IMG/VR virus record: IMGVR_UViG_3300023371_000089
Location: 1-64,000 of that record
Direction: 5' to 3' (one strand)
DNA length: 64,000 nt
Source of the DNA: a virus
Taxonomy: Duplodnaviria; Heunggongvirae; Uroviricota; Caudoviricetes
Positions 54,373 through 64,000 of this stretch are shown one piece after another. Positions within the stretch are counted from its first letter, which is position 1; each line of letters opens with the position of its first letter. Under the pieces are notes generated by a model. It saw only the letters and a list, made by a program, of their open reading frames with translations. It did no database searches and was not told where the DNA came from. The position numbers and the translations under genes are program-made.

Positions 54373-56067
54373 TTAATATTCGCCACAGTCAATTGTCATG
54401 TTAGAAAAATCAATCGCTACTGCAGTACCTGTCTTAACGGCACTTACACCTGTAAGATTAGATACTGTAACACTCTGAACGGCTGTATCTGCGGTTGATT
54501 TAACACCTACAAGAGCATCAGCCGATGCAATATCATTTTCAGCAACATTTACAGCTGTAACCTTACCATCTTGCTCAATAACCTCAACAGCAACGTGCTT
54601 ACCACTTGCAACAGTAGCAGTACCTGCTGTAGCATCAAGTGCTCCTATTGCGTCGCTAATCTGAGTTGCAACTGGAGTCTCGCCTACGAGCCCCTGAAGA
54701 CCTGTAATTGCTGTTGCATTATTATCAGCCTTTGTCTGAGCAGCGGTTATTGCAGCCTGAATTGAACCCTGTGTAGTATATCCTGATGTTACTTTCTTAA
54801 GATTGTCGATATCACTAACCATCTGCGCTGATGAAGTTTCATCACTGGAAATCCAAGCAGCGATTTCTTGCAATGTATCAAAATCTTCTGGTGCCTCAGC
54901 AATAACCTTCGCAACCTCTGCAGCGGCAATTTCACGAGCAGACATATCTTCATCGTCACCTACGAGTGTATTAACTTTTGTCTGAAGGGCTGAAAGGTCA
55001 TCTGAAGTAGCGAACTCACTCATATCCTCAGTTACTGTAACACCTGTGATAACGCCATCAAGCTGGTCAACTTTAACTGTTACATGAGCACTTGAACCTG
55101 TTTCAGATGCATCAAGTCCCCCTATTGCGTTGCTAATCTGAGTTGCAACTGCAGTGTCGCCTACAAGTTCCTCAAGAGCATCAATTGCATCCGCATTGTC
55201 ATCGGCTTTCTTATCAACAGCGCTAATTTGGCCATTAAGGGCTGTTGTAGTTGCAGTTATTGCAGAATCAACATAAGTTTTAGCACTCGCAATTGCGTTA
55301 CTCTCAGCATTATCCCATGCGTTAACCTTTGCTGATGTAATACCATCAATAACACCCTTATTATCATGGGTATGTGCAGATGATTCAAGTGCTTCAATCT
55401 TTGTGCCGTGTCCTGCAATATTAGCAGTATTTGCACTAATTGCTGCAGTATTTGCACTAATTGCGGCAGTATTATCAGCAACGTCCTTTACGAGACCATC
55501 AGTACTGTCACCCACAAGTGCTTCGAGGTCAGATACACGACTTGTAAGGGTTTCGCCAGAACCTGCACCAACACCTACAGCAGCCTGAAGTTCTGCGATA
55601 TCAGCCTCATTGTCCCCAACGCGAGTTCCGAGAGCGGTTAAATCAGCACCCTTAGCGAACTCACTCATATCCTCAGTTACTGTAACACCTGTGATTTTAC
55701 CACCAGCCTGGTCAACCTTAACTGTCACATGAGTACTGTTTCCTGAAGTACTTCCACTAAGAGCGGCAATATCAGCCTTTGTTGCTGCGCTGCTATCTCT
55801 GAAAGTTTCGAGAGCAGTAACTTTACCCTCTGCAGCACTTAAACGAGTATCAATTCCATTTACGTTATTTGAAATTGCACTTGTTAAACCCGTTACCTTA
55901 TCAAGTGAAGGTATGTATACAAGAGCATCACCTGCGCTTGTCAATACAGCCAACTCAGTATCAGCCTTTGTTGCAGCATTACGTACCGCAATCTCACCAA
56001 GATTAAGTTTTGTAGCATCGGCGAGTCGAGTCGTACCGTGTAAATGTATTAATGTTTGTCTTGCCAT
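54373..56067 (-). CDS. Ala/Thr-rich tail-fibre protein with a phage-tail-repeat-like N-terminus and internal duplicated modules.
   Basis: N-terminus IHLHGTTRLADATKLNLGEIAVRNAATKADTELAVLTSAGDALVYIP. HVTVKVDQ.GG.ITGVTVTEDMSEFA repeats. Direct DNA repeats at 55012-55095 versus 55657-55742 and at 54634-54691 versus 55109-55166. A tandem 21-bp repeat at 55420-55475. Confidence 0.65.
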   Translation of the reverse strand: MARQTLIHLHGTTRLADATKLNLGEIAVRNAATKADTELAVLTSAGDALVYIPSLDKVTGLTSAISNNVNGIDTRLSAAEGKVTALETFRDSSAATKADIAALSGSTSGNSTHVTVKVDQAGGKITGVTVTEDMSEFAKGADLTALGTRVGDNEADIAELQAAVGVGAGSGETLTSRVSDLEALVGDSTDGLVKDVADNTAAISANTAAISANTANIAGHGTKIEALESSAHTHDNKGVIDGITSAKVNAWDNAESNAIASAKTYVDSAITATTTALNGQISAVDKKADDNADAIDALEELVGDTAVATQISNAIGGLDASETGSSAHVTVKVDQLDGVITGVTVTEDMSEFATSDDLSALQTKVNTLVGDDEDMSAREIAAAEVAKVIAEAPEDFDTLQEIAAWISSDETSSAQMVSDIDNLKKVTSGYTTQGSIQAAITAAQTKADNNATAITGLQGLVGETPVATQISDAIGALDATAGTATVASGKHVAVEVIEQDGKVTAVNVAENDIASADALVGVKSTADTAVQSVTVSNLTGVSAVKTGTAVAIDFSNMTIDCGEY

Positions 56068-56086
56068 ATATATATGTTATTTAATT

Positions 56087-56578
56087 TTATATTTCATATA
56101 ATTTCCAATCAATAGAATCCTTAACTACCCAACCTTCATTCAATACCGTTTGGATATGAGCGATTGCCCCCATATAAAATTCCTGAAGTTCATTCAGGTC
56201 TTCAAAAACATGATATTCAGGAGAAGTTGTTTCACCGAACTTAAACTTTAAAGGGAGTGTTGCACCATTAGTCTGCACTGCAAGGTCATATGCTGCCTTA
56301 TAATTAAACTGATTTTCAGAAGAAAGCCATATATTATATCCTTTCCATTGATAACCATCTAATATATTTTCTTCAACCTTGGTATTGTAATAAGAGATGA
56401 TAATATCCTTGATTTCAGATTCGCTTGGTTTATGATTAAAACAGAATTCTTCCCAAATCCCAAGATTAGTTTCCTTACCGTTCTTGAAAATTGGCTGATA
56501 ATCCCATGCTACGATATACTTGTTTTTACCAACAACTTTAATTGGCTTGTATTCGTTCTTTCTGTTCTTAATTTTCAT
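56087..56578 (-). CDS. Hypothetical protein, 163 aa.
   Basis: ORF between the fibre gene and the giant gene. Confidence 0.45.
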   Translation of the reverse strand: MKIKNRKNEYKPIKVVGKNKYIVAWDYQPIFKNGKETNLGIWEEFCFNHKPSESEIKDIIISYYNTKVEENILDGYQWKGYNIWLSSENQFNYKAAYDLAVQTNGATLPLKFKFGETTSPEYHVFEDLNELQEFYMGAIAHIQTVLNEGWVVKDSIDWKLYEI

Positions 56579-56599
56579 ATCAACAATAAATAGTTATTA

Positions 56600-56627
56600 G
56601 AAACCGGATATTTTACAATCCGGTTTC
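56600..56627 (-). terminator. Hairpin 10 nt downstream of the stop of the giant gene.
   Basis: gaaaccggat-attttaca-atccggtttc. The T-run is better on the plus side, so the orientation is ambiguous. Confidence 0.4.
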
Positions 56628-56636
56628 ATTTTTTTA

Positions 56637-59600
56637 TTAAAAAACAATCTTTTTACCAAAAATATAATATTTCATGGTAGCCCCTCTATCATAAGCATTT
56701 CCATCAAAACACCATGCTGTTTCAGTTCCCTGAGTTTCAGAAGTCCAACATCCGGTAAAATCAATATCCGTATTTTCGGCAACAACAAGCATTTCCTCAT
56801 ATGAAGGGATATAACCTTTTATTGTCTTATCGCCGAAATTATTGTTTACTGCAATTGCAAACATTTCATTCTCAGGGTCAGCAGCGAGAACTGCATTAGT
56901 ATTTTTAAAGCCATTTGCTGACGACATCATGACATCATCAACATCAGTTCCTTCAATTGCAATCCCCTTAGAACCCCATGGCATTGCCCCGCTTACAGTA
57001 TCGATGTAATAATCAGTATCGGAAAGTTTCACACAAATGACACTACCCACTGTTTCAACACCTATTTCAGTTTCATAGACAATTTCAAAATCGCCTTCAA
57101 ATGATGCAGGAATTGTATCAATAACAGTATTAAACTTTTTACCGCCCTCAGTTACGAAACCATTAGCCTTTACATTGAAATTATTCATTGGGAGCGTAAA
57201 ATACATGGTTTCGCCCGAATATATTCGACGGTATTCATGCCCCTTGTTATCAACAAGTTCAATAACAGTTCCATATGGAATATCTTGGTCACATACCAAT
57301 GTTATTGCAATAGGTCGCACATAATTTGTGGTATCATTAGAAAGTAACATTGCCGACATCATAGGGTCACTATATATCTTATTACCAATTGTGTTAACAA
57401 CCAAACCATCAATACCTGTACCAATAGAGTTTTCGCCCCTATATTTAAATATAATTGAATCATCGTTTAATGCAATGTTCAATTTTTTATTGAAACCATT
57501 GTCTCTCTTGAAATTCATAATTTCATCACCATTACCATTGGTTATGACCGCCCAACGATAATCAGACTGTGACCACTGTCCCATTTCCACGTTAACCGAT
57601 GATGTATCTGAAAGCATTGAAAGGTCGAACTCCATAGAAGTATGTACTGGAGAACTAGAAGTTCCACCTTCAAGTTTACCATTTCTAATACCCTCAAAAC
57701 GTTTATCATAGAACCATCCGTTAGTTGCCATCAGAGCCTTAACCGAGTCATCATAAACACCTTTAGTGAAGTTATATCCCTCACCCGAGAAAAGCATTGA
57801 ATTATCGCCAAGATAAATCGTAGTGTATTGACCCTCAACAATACCAACCACTTCTCCGTTCAAAGTAATATTCAAATCAGTAATGATATCGTCAGTTGTA
57901 TACTTATGGTAATCACTTTCCTGAGTAGTTTCAAGACCGCCAACCATAATTATATTGTTTTCATCTGCCGAAAGAATTGCGCCATCCTTAATAATGCGTA
58001 CGTATCCTTCACTGAAAAGATGGGATATTCTAACGAGTGGTGAGAGAAGATTAATCTCTTTACCATTATCATTCGAAACAAAACCTGTCGAGAATGCTTC
58101 ATAAGCCTCCGGTTTAACTATAATTTCATCCAACGTCACATTGAAGAAATCTCCATTTACTGTAGTAGGTGGGGTTAAACCATTGAACTTTAATGTTTTT
58201 AACTGATTTGACAACCAGAAAGAATTTCCTCCAATTGACTCCAATGTTGAAGGGAATGTAATGGTTTTCAAATTACTTACGGAATAGAAAGTCGAACTTC
58301 CAATTGTTTTTATTCCTTCAGGTATAATACAATTAATAGGATAACCATTTTGATAGAAACACTTATCAGGTATTAACGTTTCATTGCTTGCAAAGGCATA
58401 GTTATTCCCATAATTTGTGTTGGTGAATAAATTTGTTGATTTATTATTTGTTAAACAATTCAACTTTATGCTTTGTCCTTCTGACCCTTCAAATATGTAC
58501 TGTCCATTAAGGATAACATTTTCAGGTATAACAACATTGGCTTCTCTTCTATATTGCATTGAATAGCCACACGCATATACAGGAACTGTGTTAATGATAT
58601 TGGCTGACGCTGTATCTTTACCCAAACGGATAAGAGTTATTGAATCATCATTCACCTCATAGAGGGCACCATCATAAACCTGACATTTACTTGCCTTTGA
58701 AACTCCGTCATACTCTGAACCAAGGAAATTGATGTTACGACATCCCTGGAATGGGTTATTATCAACACCATAAACAATTTCGAGAGTATCAATTGATGGA
58801 ACCGCAAAGTCAGTCAATAATTCGCAACCCCTGAAAGCATGCTTTCCAATATATTCACAGTTATTACCAAGTTCAAATTTCTTCAACTGAGTACAACCTT
58901 CACAAAGTTGGGCTCCTATATATTTAAATGACAGCGGTTTATAAGTAGGGTTCTTTTCCTCATCATACCCACTCTGTGCTCCATAAATACTTTCGAGGGC
59001 TGTACAACCTGAGAACATCTTTGCATTTGCATAGAAGAAACTTGGTGGGAATGCCACTTCTCTCATTCCACTACACCCTGCAAAGAAACCTTCAGGAATA
59101 AGTACCTGATTTACATTACCCTCCTGTGGCATTTGTCCGATAAGAGAACTTGTAAAATATTGGAATTCAAGGAATGATGTAATTTCAGGGTGATTAGCAA
59201 AGATAGAAGTCTTCTTACCGCTATAATCCGTTTTAAGGAGTTGTTCAATGGTAACATTAGCAGCCTCCATCTTATTAAGTTTACCATAACCAGTCTCATC
59301 TTCCACAATAATTCCCGCATCAACAAGAATGTTATAAACAGGGGCGTTCATTGCTTCAGTGATAATTGTATTAGGGTCCTTAAACCCAATTTCTTTAGTG
59401 TTGACACAAAGTTCTAAACCATCATAATCCCTTGTTACTGTACACTGAACCATAACGACGCCATCAAAACCCGCAGGGGCCTGAATGTATGCCATCTCCT
59501 TATCAGTGTCAGTAAGAGAAACCTTATTTGCATATCCACTTGAACCGCCTATAATCTCCCATTTTACAGAGAATATACCACGGCCTTCGAGTTCTTCATC

Positions 59601-62600
59601 ATTAACTGATGAAGGGATGAAATCAATCCAAAGTTTATTCTTATCGTCATCATCATACAAATCCTTTAATGACATAATTGACAGTTCTGAAGGGTAGATA
59701 CGTTTCTTAATTGGGATAGAAAGTTGGAGTGGTATTTCATTTTTCTCATCCTCATATTCTATTGAAAGATTCAAATATGTATAATTGTTGTTGCTCTCCA
59801 ATACTTTAATGGTGAAATAATCCCTCTTAAGATTATCAGTATTCATTGTAATAATACCTTCAGTAGCCTCAATAATTTTGTTTACTGAAGTACCATCCTC
59901 CTCAATTTCGTTGACTGTTGCATAAACAGATATCTCACCACCAAGTTGTGTACCTACTGTTGTTACGTCAATACGGATATCGCCATCACCTTCATAAATG
60001 TACGGAACCTCTGTCGCATAAACACCTGTATATGCCTTAATATACACTGCAGAACCTTCCTTGAAACAATCTACTCCAAAAATCGACTTAAGTTGCGCAA
60101 TGTCATTGAAGGTAAGGTCTGACTTAATCTCAATATTACCACGAACGTTCAATGATGATAACTGCGACTTACCAATTCCCGCCAAAGAGAACAGTTTGTT
60201 ATAGTTGGTTCTATCGAATACCCAATTGATACCCTGCAGATTAAGATTAACTTTGTTAAGTTCATTCCTATTGCTCTTAACAGCAACCCAATTCAATACA
60301 AAGTTGAAATCATTCATAAGGTTCCTACAATTGTCAATTGTAAGGTTATTCAATCTCGCAAATGTCGGGTCTTCTGATACAATACCATCATAATAAATCA
60401 TTGATGACCTAGTCAATGAAAGTGTTTCAGTTGTTGACGGTAGTTCTACATATTGCACAAGGCAACCATCCGCAAATGTAAAATTGGCAATCGAAGTACC
60501 TTTTGCAAATACGTTGCGGATATTAAGAAGTTTGTTAAGTCCATCAAGTTTATCAATATTCCTGATGTTAGTTACGTCAAGAACCTCAAGTTTCTCAGCA
60601 ACATCAAGTCCACTGAATTTCATTGCAGTACCGTTGTTCACTAAATCAGTTCGTGTATGGTCACCAACAAGAATTTCTTTCATTTTGGTACCGACTGAAG
60701 GAGAATAGCAACCGGTAACGTCAATTTCAGTCAACGCACCAACGCAGCCACGAAGGTCAAATGTAGAAATATTCGCAGCACCCATTAGTTCAAGATATGA
60801 ACCGATATTGAATGCTGACGCAGTTCTGAAAGTATGATTTGTACCTGCAATAAGTGCAGTAGGAGTCATCTCCGTAATAACATTATCATGGCCCCATGCA
60901 TAATAAACAGGTTCACCTGATTTAATGGTAAACTCAGAGCCTGCAGGGAGGTTTGTTGAACGGAACTTAATAAGTGATGCCCTAAAGTTAGCATTAGCAA
61001 AACGACTGTCAAACACGTTGAAACGGCGTCCAAGCCACCATTTTCTATGAGCCGAACGAGAACCCTGCACGTCATAGAGATAATCCTCATAAACGTGAGT
61101 TGCGGTGCCCTCTTTATCGACCTTCTGTGTCCATCCCTCTACATAAGTCTTAATATATTTAGTTTCAGCATCTTTATTATAAATGCGCTCACACCACATA
61201 TCAGATTGATTTGTGTCATATTCTCTCAATGCATTTGCGTATGAAAGGCTATAAAGAGGGTTTGAAGTTGAATCAGTAAGTTTGTTGTCAACCTCAGTCA
61301 CATGTTCCATGAACTCAACATCAGCCTCAAGGTTGTTCCAAAGTGTAGACTCACGGCCCGCATATACATAACCAGTACCATCCTTAGTCTCACGAGTAAT
61401 GTAAGGGTCGAAAACAAGACGACCATCATTCTTCACACCGAGAATTGTATCGTTGTCATAGTTGATGAAAAACCAAAGAGAAGGCAATGTTGAATTAGGG
61501 TCACTTGTATTAGGTCCTTCAGTTGTCAACATACTATTCTTCACGGTTTGGTCAACACCACCAAAACGCATAAGATAGATATAATAAGCAGCCATCTTAT
61601 CCATTTCAATATGGTCATATTTCTCCACAGCAAATTTTAATGCTCTGTTGAAAGGAGTGTCATCAACACGTTGCGCCTCATAATATGGAGCAAAGTCAAA
61701 TTCGTTTTTCCATACATAATATTTGTCTCCACCGACACAAACAAAATCATAATTTCCTTGTTCTACTTCAGGGAGTACATCAACACGGAGAAGATTACTT
61801 AACTGCCATGTATAGAAATAGTCGCCACATTTAATATATTCATATTCACTATCTTTTTCAGTAGGAATAACATCAACTTCATTGTATTCAATACTGTCAA
61901 TAACATCATCAGCAATTTCTGTCAATGCATAACCATCTTTAGTGATTTGCGATGAAATTGATTCATATGGGACCTCAGTATAGAAATTATAATTAGGATA
62001 ACTAATCTTAAATGTCCCTGTTTGTTTAGTAAGACTTTGGATAATCAGTTTTCCATCAGCGTCACGATAGTAATTTTCTGTTGGCAGTGCTGCCTGTGAG
62101 AACGGCACAGCCATACCTGTCTCATTGTCGATATTCAAATAACGACAAGAAACAAGCCATTCAGCAAATCTCCTCAAAGAGTTTGTGTGGAAATAATCAC
62201 CACAGTCAGGGAAACGAGACTCGAAAGCACCGTCAAATGAACCGTTTACGAGAATACCAACCTTTTCATCATCGTCACCAACCATGAATCCCTTGGCAGT
62301 CTTAAAGAGTGCAAGCTCATTAACCGAGTTAAGAAGTTCCCAACATTCCATCTTAGGGTTATCAAGAAGTTCTTTACCACGGAGCATATACCATTCCTGT
62401 GAACCGTCCTCAAGATATTTCGATGTATAAAGGTCCGAATCAACGTCAGGGGTTGAAGTGTAACCACCCTCTGACCAAGAACAAGCGTATTCTATCTCAC
62501 CTGTTTTATCATCCTCTTCACCATGTATTATAGGCTTTTCATTACCAATGTAAAAATATTGAACCTCTTGGTCGTCAATTTCAATACCGCCGGTAAAACC

Positions 62601-64000
62601 GAAGACATCTTCAGTTGATTTATCGTTATTGAAATTATATTTCCCTTGGAATTCCGGCGCAGCACCACCCAATCTTTCGTAGAAAAGAACAATTGGGAAA
62701 CCATCGATACATGTACGGACATCATATGGATATTCTTCAGCATATTTTTCAGCCTTTGCCTGTGCTTTGGTCTTGTATCCACCATTTTTCAACACACCGT
62801 TCCAATAACGTGCAGTACCTGTATTATGTGATGACGATGACTCAGCAAAATCGGCTTTAAGGCACCAACACTTAACAGGTATAGAACCCTCTTTAAATGC
62901 GTATTTACCCTTTGCAACAAGCGCTTCAGGATTAAGATTACTTGCATCACGATTTCCTGGGTTACCATCCAAGAAAATGTTTGAACCAACATAAAGTTCC
63001 GTTCTATCATCCTTTGCTGTATAAAGACGGAAATTCTTCACCGGATAGTTCATTGAAGAAGTACCCTGTGGAGTAATATAAGCACATTTCACAAAGAAAT
63101 TATAACTTGGGTTCTGAATATTGGTATAAAGGACATCGAAGTGTCTTGTTAACTTTTTATTCTTCTTCTCCTGATGAAGGTCTTCAATTTTTTCATTTTC
63201 AAAAATCTGATAGAACGTCATTACAGGAATTGATGATTTAAGTTTGTCAGCATCGAACTGTTCCTTATTAGATTCAAGAACTATATTGTTTCGCTCATAA
63301 AGGGCTCTCTTCTCAGCACTGCTGTTCCTATAATAAATGAAGTTATCAAGAATTTCAGTACTTGAAAGTGCTCTGTTGTAGAGTTTTATCGAATAAATAT
63401 TAATACCTGCATCCTTATTTCCTCGGAACATGATTTTTGAATCATTGTAGAAATTTGTACCGGCATCATAAGCGTATGCACCGCAGTATTCACCATTAAC
63501 ATAAATACTCAATATGCGATTACGATATCCTTCCTCATTAAGGTCAGGGGTAATAACAAATGATATGCGGTTACTTTCCTCAGCCTTATATTTAGTAGAC
63601 ACCATTTTAGCATATCCCGAATTCTCCCCATCCCCTGTTACAATATCACGAGAAATCGCCAATTCAGCACCTGCAGCATAGATACTAATACCAGGGGCAA
63701 AATTATCACTACCACAAATACGGCAAATCACAGCATCATCGTTATATACATTGGTTGTCTCGAATTCAAACTCAAATGTTGCTCCCTGCAACTTCATTGT
63801 TGCAAGTTTATCCTCATCAAATGGTTTGTAATTAATTGTAATTGCATTACCATTTGCGAGTTTAAGTTTACCATCTGACCATCCTGATGTATTTGACCAG
63901 TCGAACTCACGATTCCATGCATAATACTCCCCATTAAAAATCAAGAAGTCATAATCTTCATTCTCTTCAAGAGGAAGTTCGTCCACCTCAAGACAGTTAT
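56637..64000 (-). CDS. Giant virion (tail-fibre or host-adhesion) protein with more than 2449 aa. The N-terminus lies beyond the right window edge. It contains BspA-type leucine-rich repeats.
   Basis: The reading frame is open to position 64000. There are LRR-like segments (FSGCTALESIYGAQS; AFRGCELLTDFAVPSIDTLEIV; LEVLDVTNIRNIDKLDGLNKLLNIRNVFAKG) and many beta-rich, carbohydrate-binding-like segments. Confidence 0.8.
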   Translation of the reverse strand, partial: NCLEVDELPLEENEDYDFLIFNGEYYAWNREFDWSNTSGWSDGKLKLANGNAITINYKPFDEDKLATMKLQGATFEFEFETTNVYNDDAVICRICGSDNFAPGISIYAAGAELAISRDIVTGDGENSGYAKMVSTKYKAEESNRISFVITPDLNEEGYRNRILSIYVNGEYCGAYAYDAGTNFYNDSKIMFRGNKDAGINIYSIKLYNRALSSTEILDNFIYYRNSSAEKRALYERNNIVLESNKEQFDADKLKSSIPVMTFYQIFENEKIEDLHQEKKNKKLTRHFDVLYTNIQNPSYNFFVKCAYITPQGTSSMNYPVKNFRLYTAKDDRTELYVGSNIFLDGNPGNRDASNLNPEALVAKGKYAFKEGSIPVKCWCLKADFAESSSSHNTGTARYWNGVLKNGGYKTKAQAKAEKYAEEYPYDVRTCIDGFPIVLFYERLGGAAPEFQGKYNFNNDKSTEDVFGFTGGIEIDDQEVQYFYIGNEKPIIHGEEDDKTGEIEYACSWSEGGYTSTPDVDSDLYTSKYLEDGSQEWYMLRGKELLDNPKMECWELLNSVNELALFKTAKGFMVGDDDEKVGILVNGSFDGAFESRFPDCGDYFHTNSLRRFAEWLVSCRYLNIDNETGMAVPFSQAALPTENYYRDADGKLIIQSLTKQTGTFKISYPNYNFYTEVPYESISSQITKDGYALTEIADDVIDSIEYNEVDVIPTEKDSEYEYIKCGDYFYTWQLSNLLRVDVLPEVEQGNYDFVCVGGDKYYVWKNEFDFAPYYEAQRVDDTPFNRALKFAVEKYDHIEMDKMAAYYIYLMRFGGVDQTVKNSMLTTEGPNTSDPNSTLPSLWFFINYDNDTILGVKNDGRLVFDPYITRETKDGTGYVYAGRESTLWNNLEADVEFMEHVTEVDNKLTDSTSNPLYSLSYANALREYDTNQSDMWCERIYNKDAETKYIKTYVEGWTQKVDKEGTATHVYEDYLYDVQGSRSAHRKWWLGRRFNVFDSRFANANFRASLIKFRSTNLPAGSEFTIKSGEPVYYAWGHDNVITEMTPTALIAGTNHTFRTASAFNIGSYLELMGAANISTFDLRGCVGALTEIDVTGCYSPSVGTKMKEILVGDHTRTDLVNNGTAMKFSGLDVAEKLEVLDVTNIRNIDKLDGLNKLLNIRNVFAKGTSIANFTFADGCLVQYVELPSTTETLSLTRSSMIYYDGIVSEDPTFARLNNLTIDNCRNLMNDFNFVLNWVAVKSNRNELNKVNLNLQGINWVFDRTNYNKLFSLAGIGKSQLSSLNVRGNIEIKSDLTFNDIAQLKSIFGVDCFKEGSAVYIKAYTGVYATEVPYIYEGDGDIRIDVTTVGTQLGGEISVYATVNEIEEDGTSVNKIIEATEGIITMNTDNLKRDYFTIKVLESNNNYTYLNLSIEYEDEKNEIPLQLSIPIKKRIYPSELSIMSLKDLYDDDDKNKLWIDFIPSSVNDEELEGRGIFSVKWEIIGGSSGYANKVSLTDTDKEMAYIQAPAGFDGVVMVQCTVTRDYDGLELCVNTKEIGFKDPNTIITEAMNAPVYNILVDAGIIVEDETGYGKLNKMEAANVTIEQLLKTDYSGKKTSIFANHPEITSFLEFQYFTSSLIGQMPQEGNVNQVLIPEGFFAGCSGMREVAFPPSFFYANAKMFSGCTALESIYGAQSGYDEEKNPTYKPLSFKYIGAQLCEGCTQLKKFELGNNCEYIGKHAFRGCELLTDFAVPSIDTLEIVYGVDNNPFQGCRNINFLGSEYDGVSKASKCQVYDGALYEVNDDSITLIRLGKDTASANIINTVPVYACGYSMQYRREANVVIPENVILNGQYIFEGSEGQSIKLNCLTNNKSTNLFTNTNYGNNYAFASNETLIPDKCFYQNGYPINCIIPEGIKTIGSSTFYSVSNLKTITFPSTLESIGGNSFWLSNQLKTLKFNGLTPPTTVNGDFFNVTLDEIIVKPEAYEAFSTGFVSNDNGKEINLLSPLVRISHLFSEGYVRIIKDGAILSADENNIIMVGGLETTQESDYHKYTTDDIITDLNITLNGEVVGIVEGQYTTIYLGDNSMLFSGEGYNFTKGVYDDSVKALMATNGWFYDKRFEGIRNGKLEGGTSSSPVHTSMEFDLSMLSDTSSVNVEMGQWSQSDYRWAVITNGNGDEIMNFKRDNGFNKKLNIALNDDSIIFKYRGENSIGTGIDGLVVNTIGNKIYSDPMMSAMLLSNDTTNYVRPIAITLVCDQDIPYGTVIELVDNKGHEYRRIYSGETMYFTLPMNNFNVKANGFVTEGGKKFNTVIDTIPASFEGDFEIVYETEIGVETVGSVICVKLSDTDYYIDTVSGAMPWGSKGIAIEGTDVDDVMMSSANGFKNTNAVLAADPENEMFAIAVNNNFGDKTIKGYIPSYEEMLVVAENTDIDFTGCWTSETQGTETAWCFDGNAYDRGATMKYYIFGKKIVF

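Noticed and set aside
1-64000. Possible stop-codon recoding (TAG to Gln or TGA to Trp), as seen in some gut Bacteroidota phages
   Set aside because: Very long ORFs (2449+, 844, 796, 682 and 648 aa) are intact under the standard code. Both TAA and TGA terminate genes that then continue into proper intergenic terminators (for example TGA at 335 and at 49850). The fragmentation of PolB and of the methyltransferases is explained by the intein and by truncation rather than by in-frame stops. I could not exhaustively check TAG usage.
56637-64000. Giant ORF as a crAss-like ejected multi-subunit RNA polymerase
   Set aside because: No DxDGD-type catalytic motif or double-psi beta-barrel signature was recognisable. 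The sequence is instead dominated by BspA-type LRRs and beta-rich repeats typical of adhesins and fibres. The gene also sits beside other fibre genes.
1-64000. tRNA or rRNA genes, CRISPR arrays, integrase or att sites, and a diversity-generating retroelement
   Set aside because: No cloverleaf-like conserved tRNA features were seen in the intergenic regions, which are all short and AT-rich. There are no regularly spaced direct repeats with unique spacers. There is no tyrosine or serine recombinase and no reverse transcriptase ORF. The fibre repeats are intragenic protein repeats, not template or variable-repeat pairs with adenine-specific mutagenesis.

Overview
This 64-kb window is AT-rich (roughly 30% GC) and reads as a contiguous stretch of a large dsDNA bacteriophage genome. 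Genes sit in strand-coherent blocks, are tightly packed, often overlap by 4 nt (ATGA), and lack Shine-Dalgarno sequences. Leaders are A/T-rich, -7 elements resemble TAnnTTTG, and the giant virion protein has BspA-type leucine-rich repeats. Together these point to a Bacteroidota host, and the phage may be crAss-like, but I cannot prove that from sequence alone.

Block layout:
- 1-12.4 kb, minus strand: dense small early-type genes. These include Zn-ribbon proteins, a PD-(D/E)XK nuclease, a DUF4326-like protein, a metallophosphoesterase and methyltransferase-like fragments.
- 13.2-15.6 kb, minus strand: a small ABC-type ATPase translationally coupled to the C-terminal half of a family-B DNA polymerase.
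- 15.8-20.1 kb, plus strand: a tail-fibre and depolymerase cassette.
- 20.2-22.7 kb, minus strand: the N-terminal half of the same polymerase.
- 22.8-42.1 kb, minus strand: a Dam-like methyltransferase fragment, an IS605-family tnpB-only element, flotillin, MazG, ClpP, an Mre11/SbcD-like nuclease, a DnaG-like primase, three fibre proteins and a RuvC-like resolvase.
- 42.1-52.3 kb, plus strand: an SbcC/Rad50-like ATPase, a sigma-70 family factor, a lysis cassette (GH108 endolysin, candidate unimolecular spanin, holin-like protein) and a T5orf172 domain protein.
- 52.3-64 kb, minus strand: two more fibre paralogues and a virion protein of more than 2449 aa that runs off the window edge.

The most striking feature is that the PolB gene is broken exactly at catalytic motif C. 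The upstream ORF ends ...IVGD followed by an intein N-half. The downstream ORF begins with a DnaE-like intein C-half followed by TDGFNF... and the thumb domain. This is the classic signature of a naturally split, trans-splicing intein. Here the two halves lie 4.6 kb apart, with an oppositely oriented tail-fibre cassette between them.

Other points of interest:
- an IS605-family tnpB-only element with subterminal hairpins, inserted in the phage;
- a phage-borne flotillin (SPFH) gene;
- an identical 35-bp terminator hairpin reused at two loci;
- a perfect 36-bp palindrome in a divergent promoter region;
- a duplicated ~60-bp early promoter;
- a G10/C10 homopolymer hairpin;
- a phage sigma factor followed by a highly acidic protein;
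- a family of mosaic fibre genes.

I saw no tRNA, rRNA or CRISPR array, and no evidence of stop-codon recoding.
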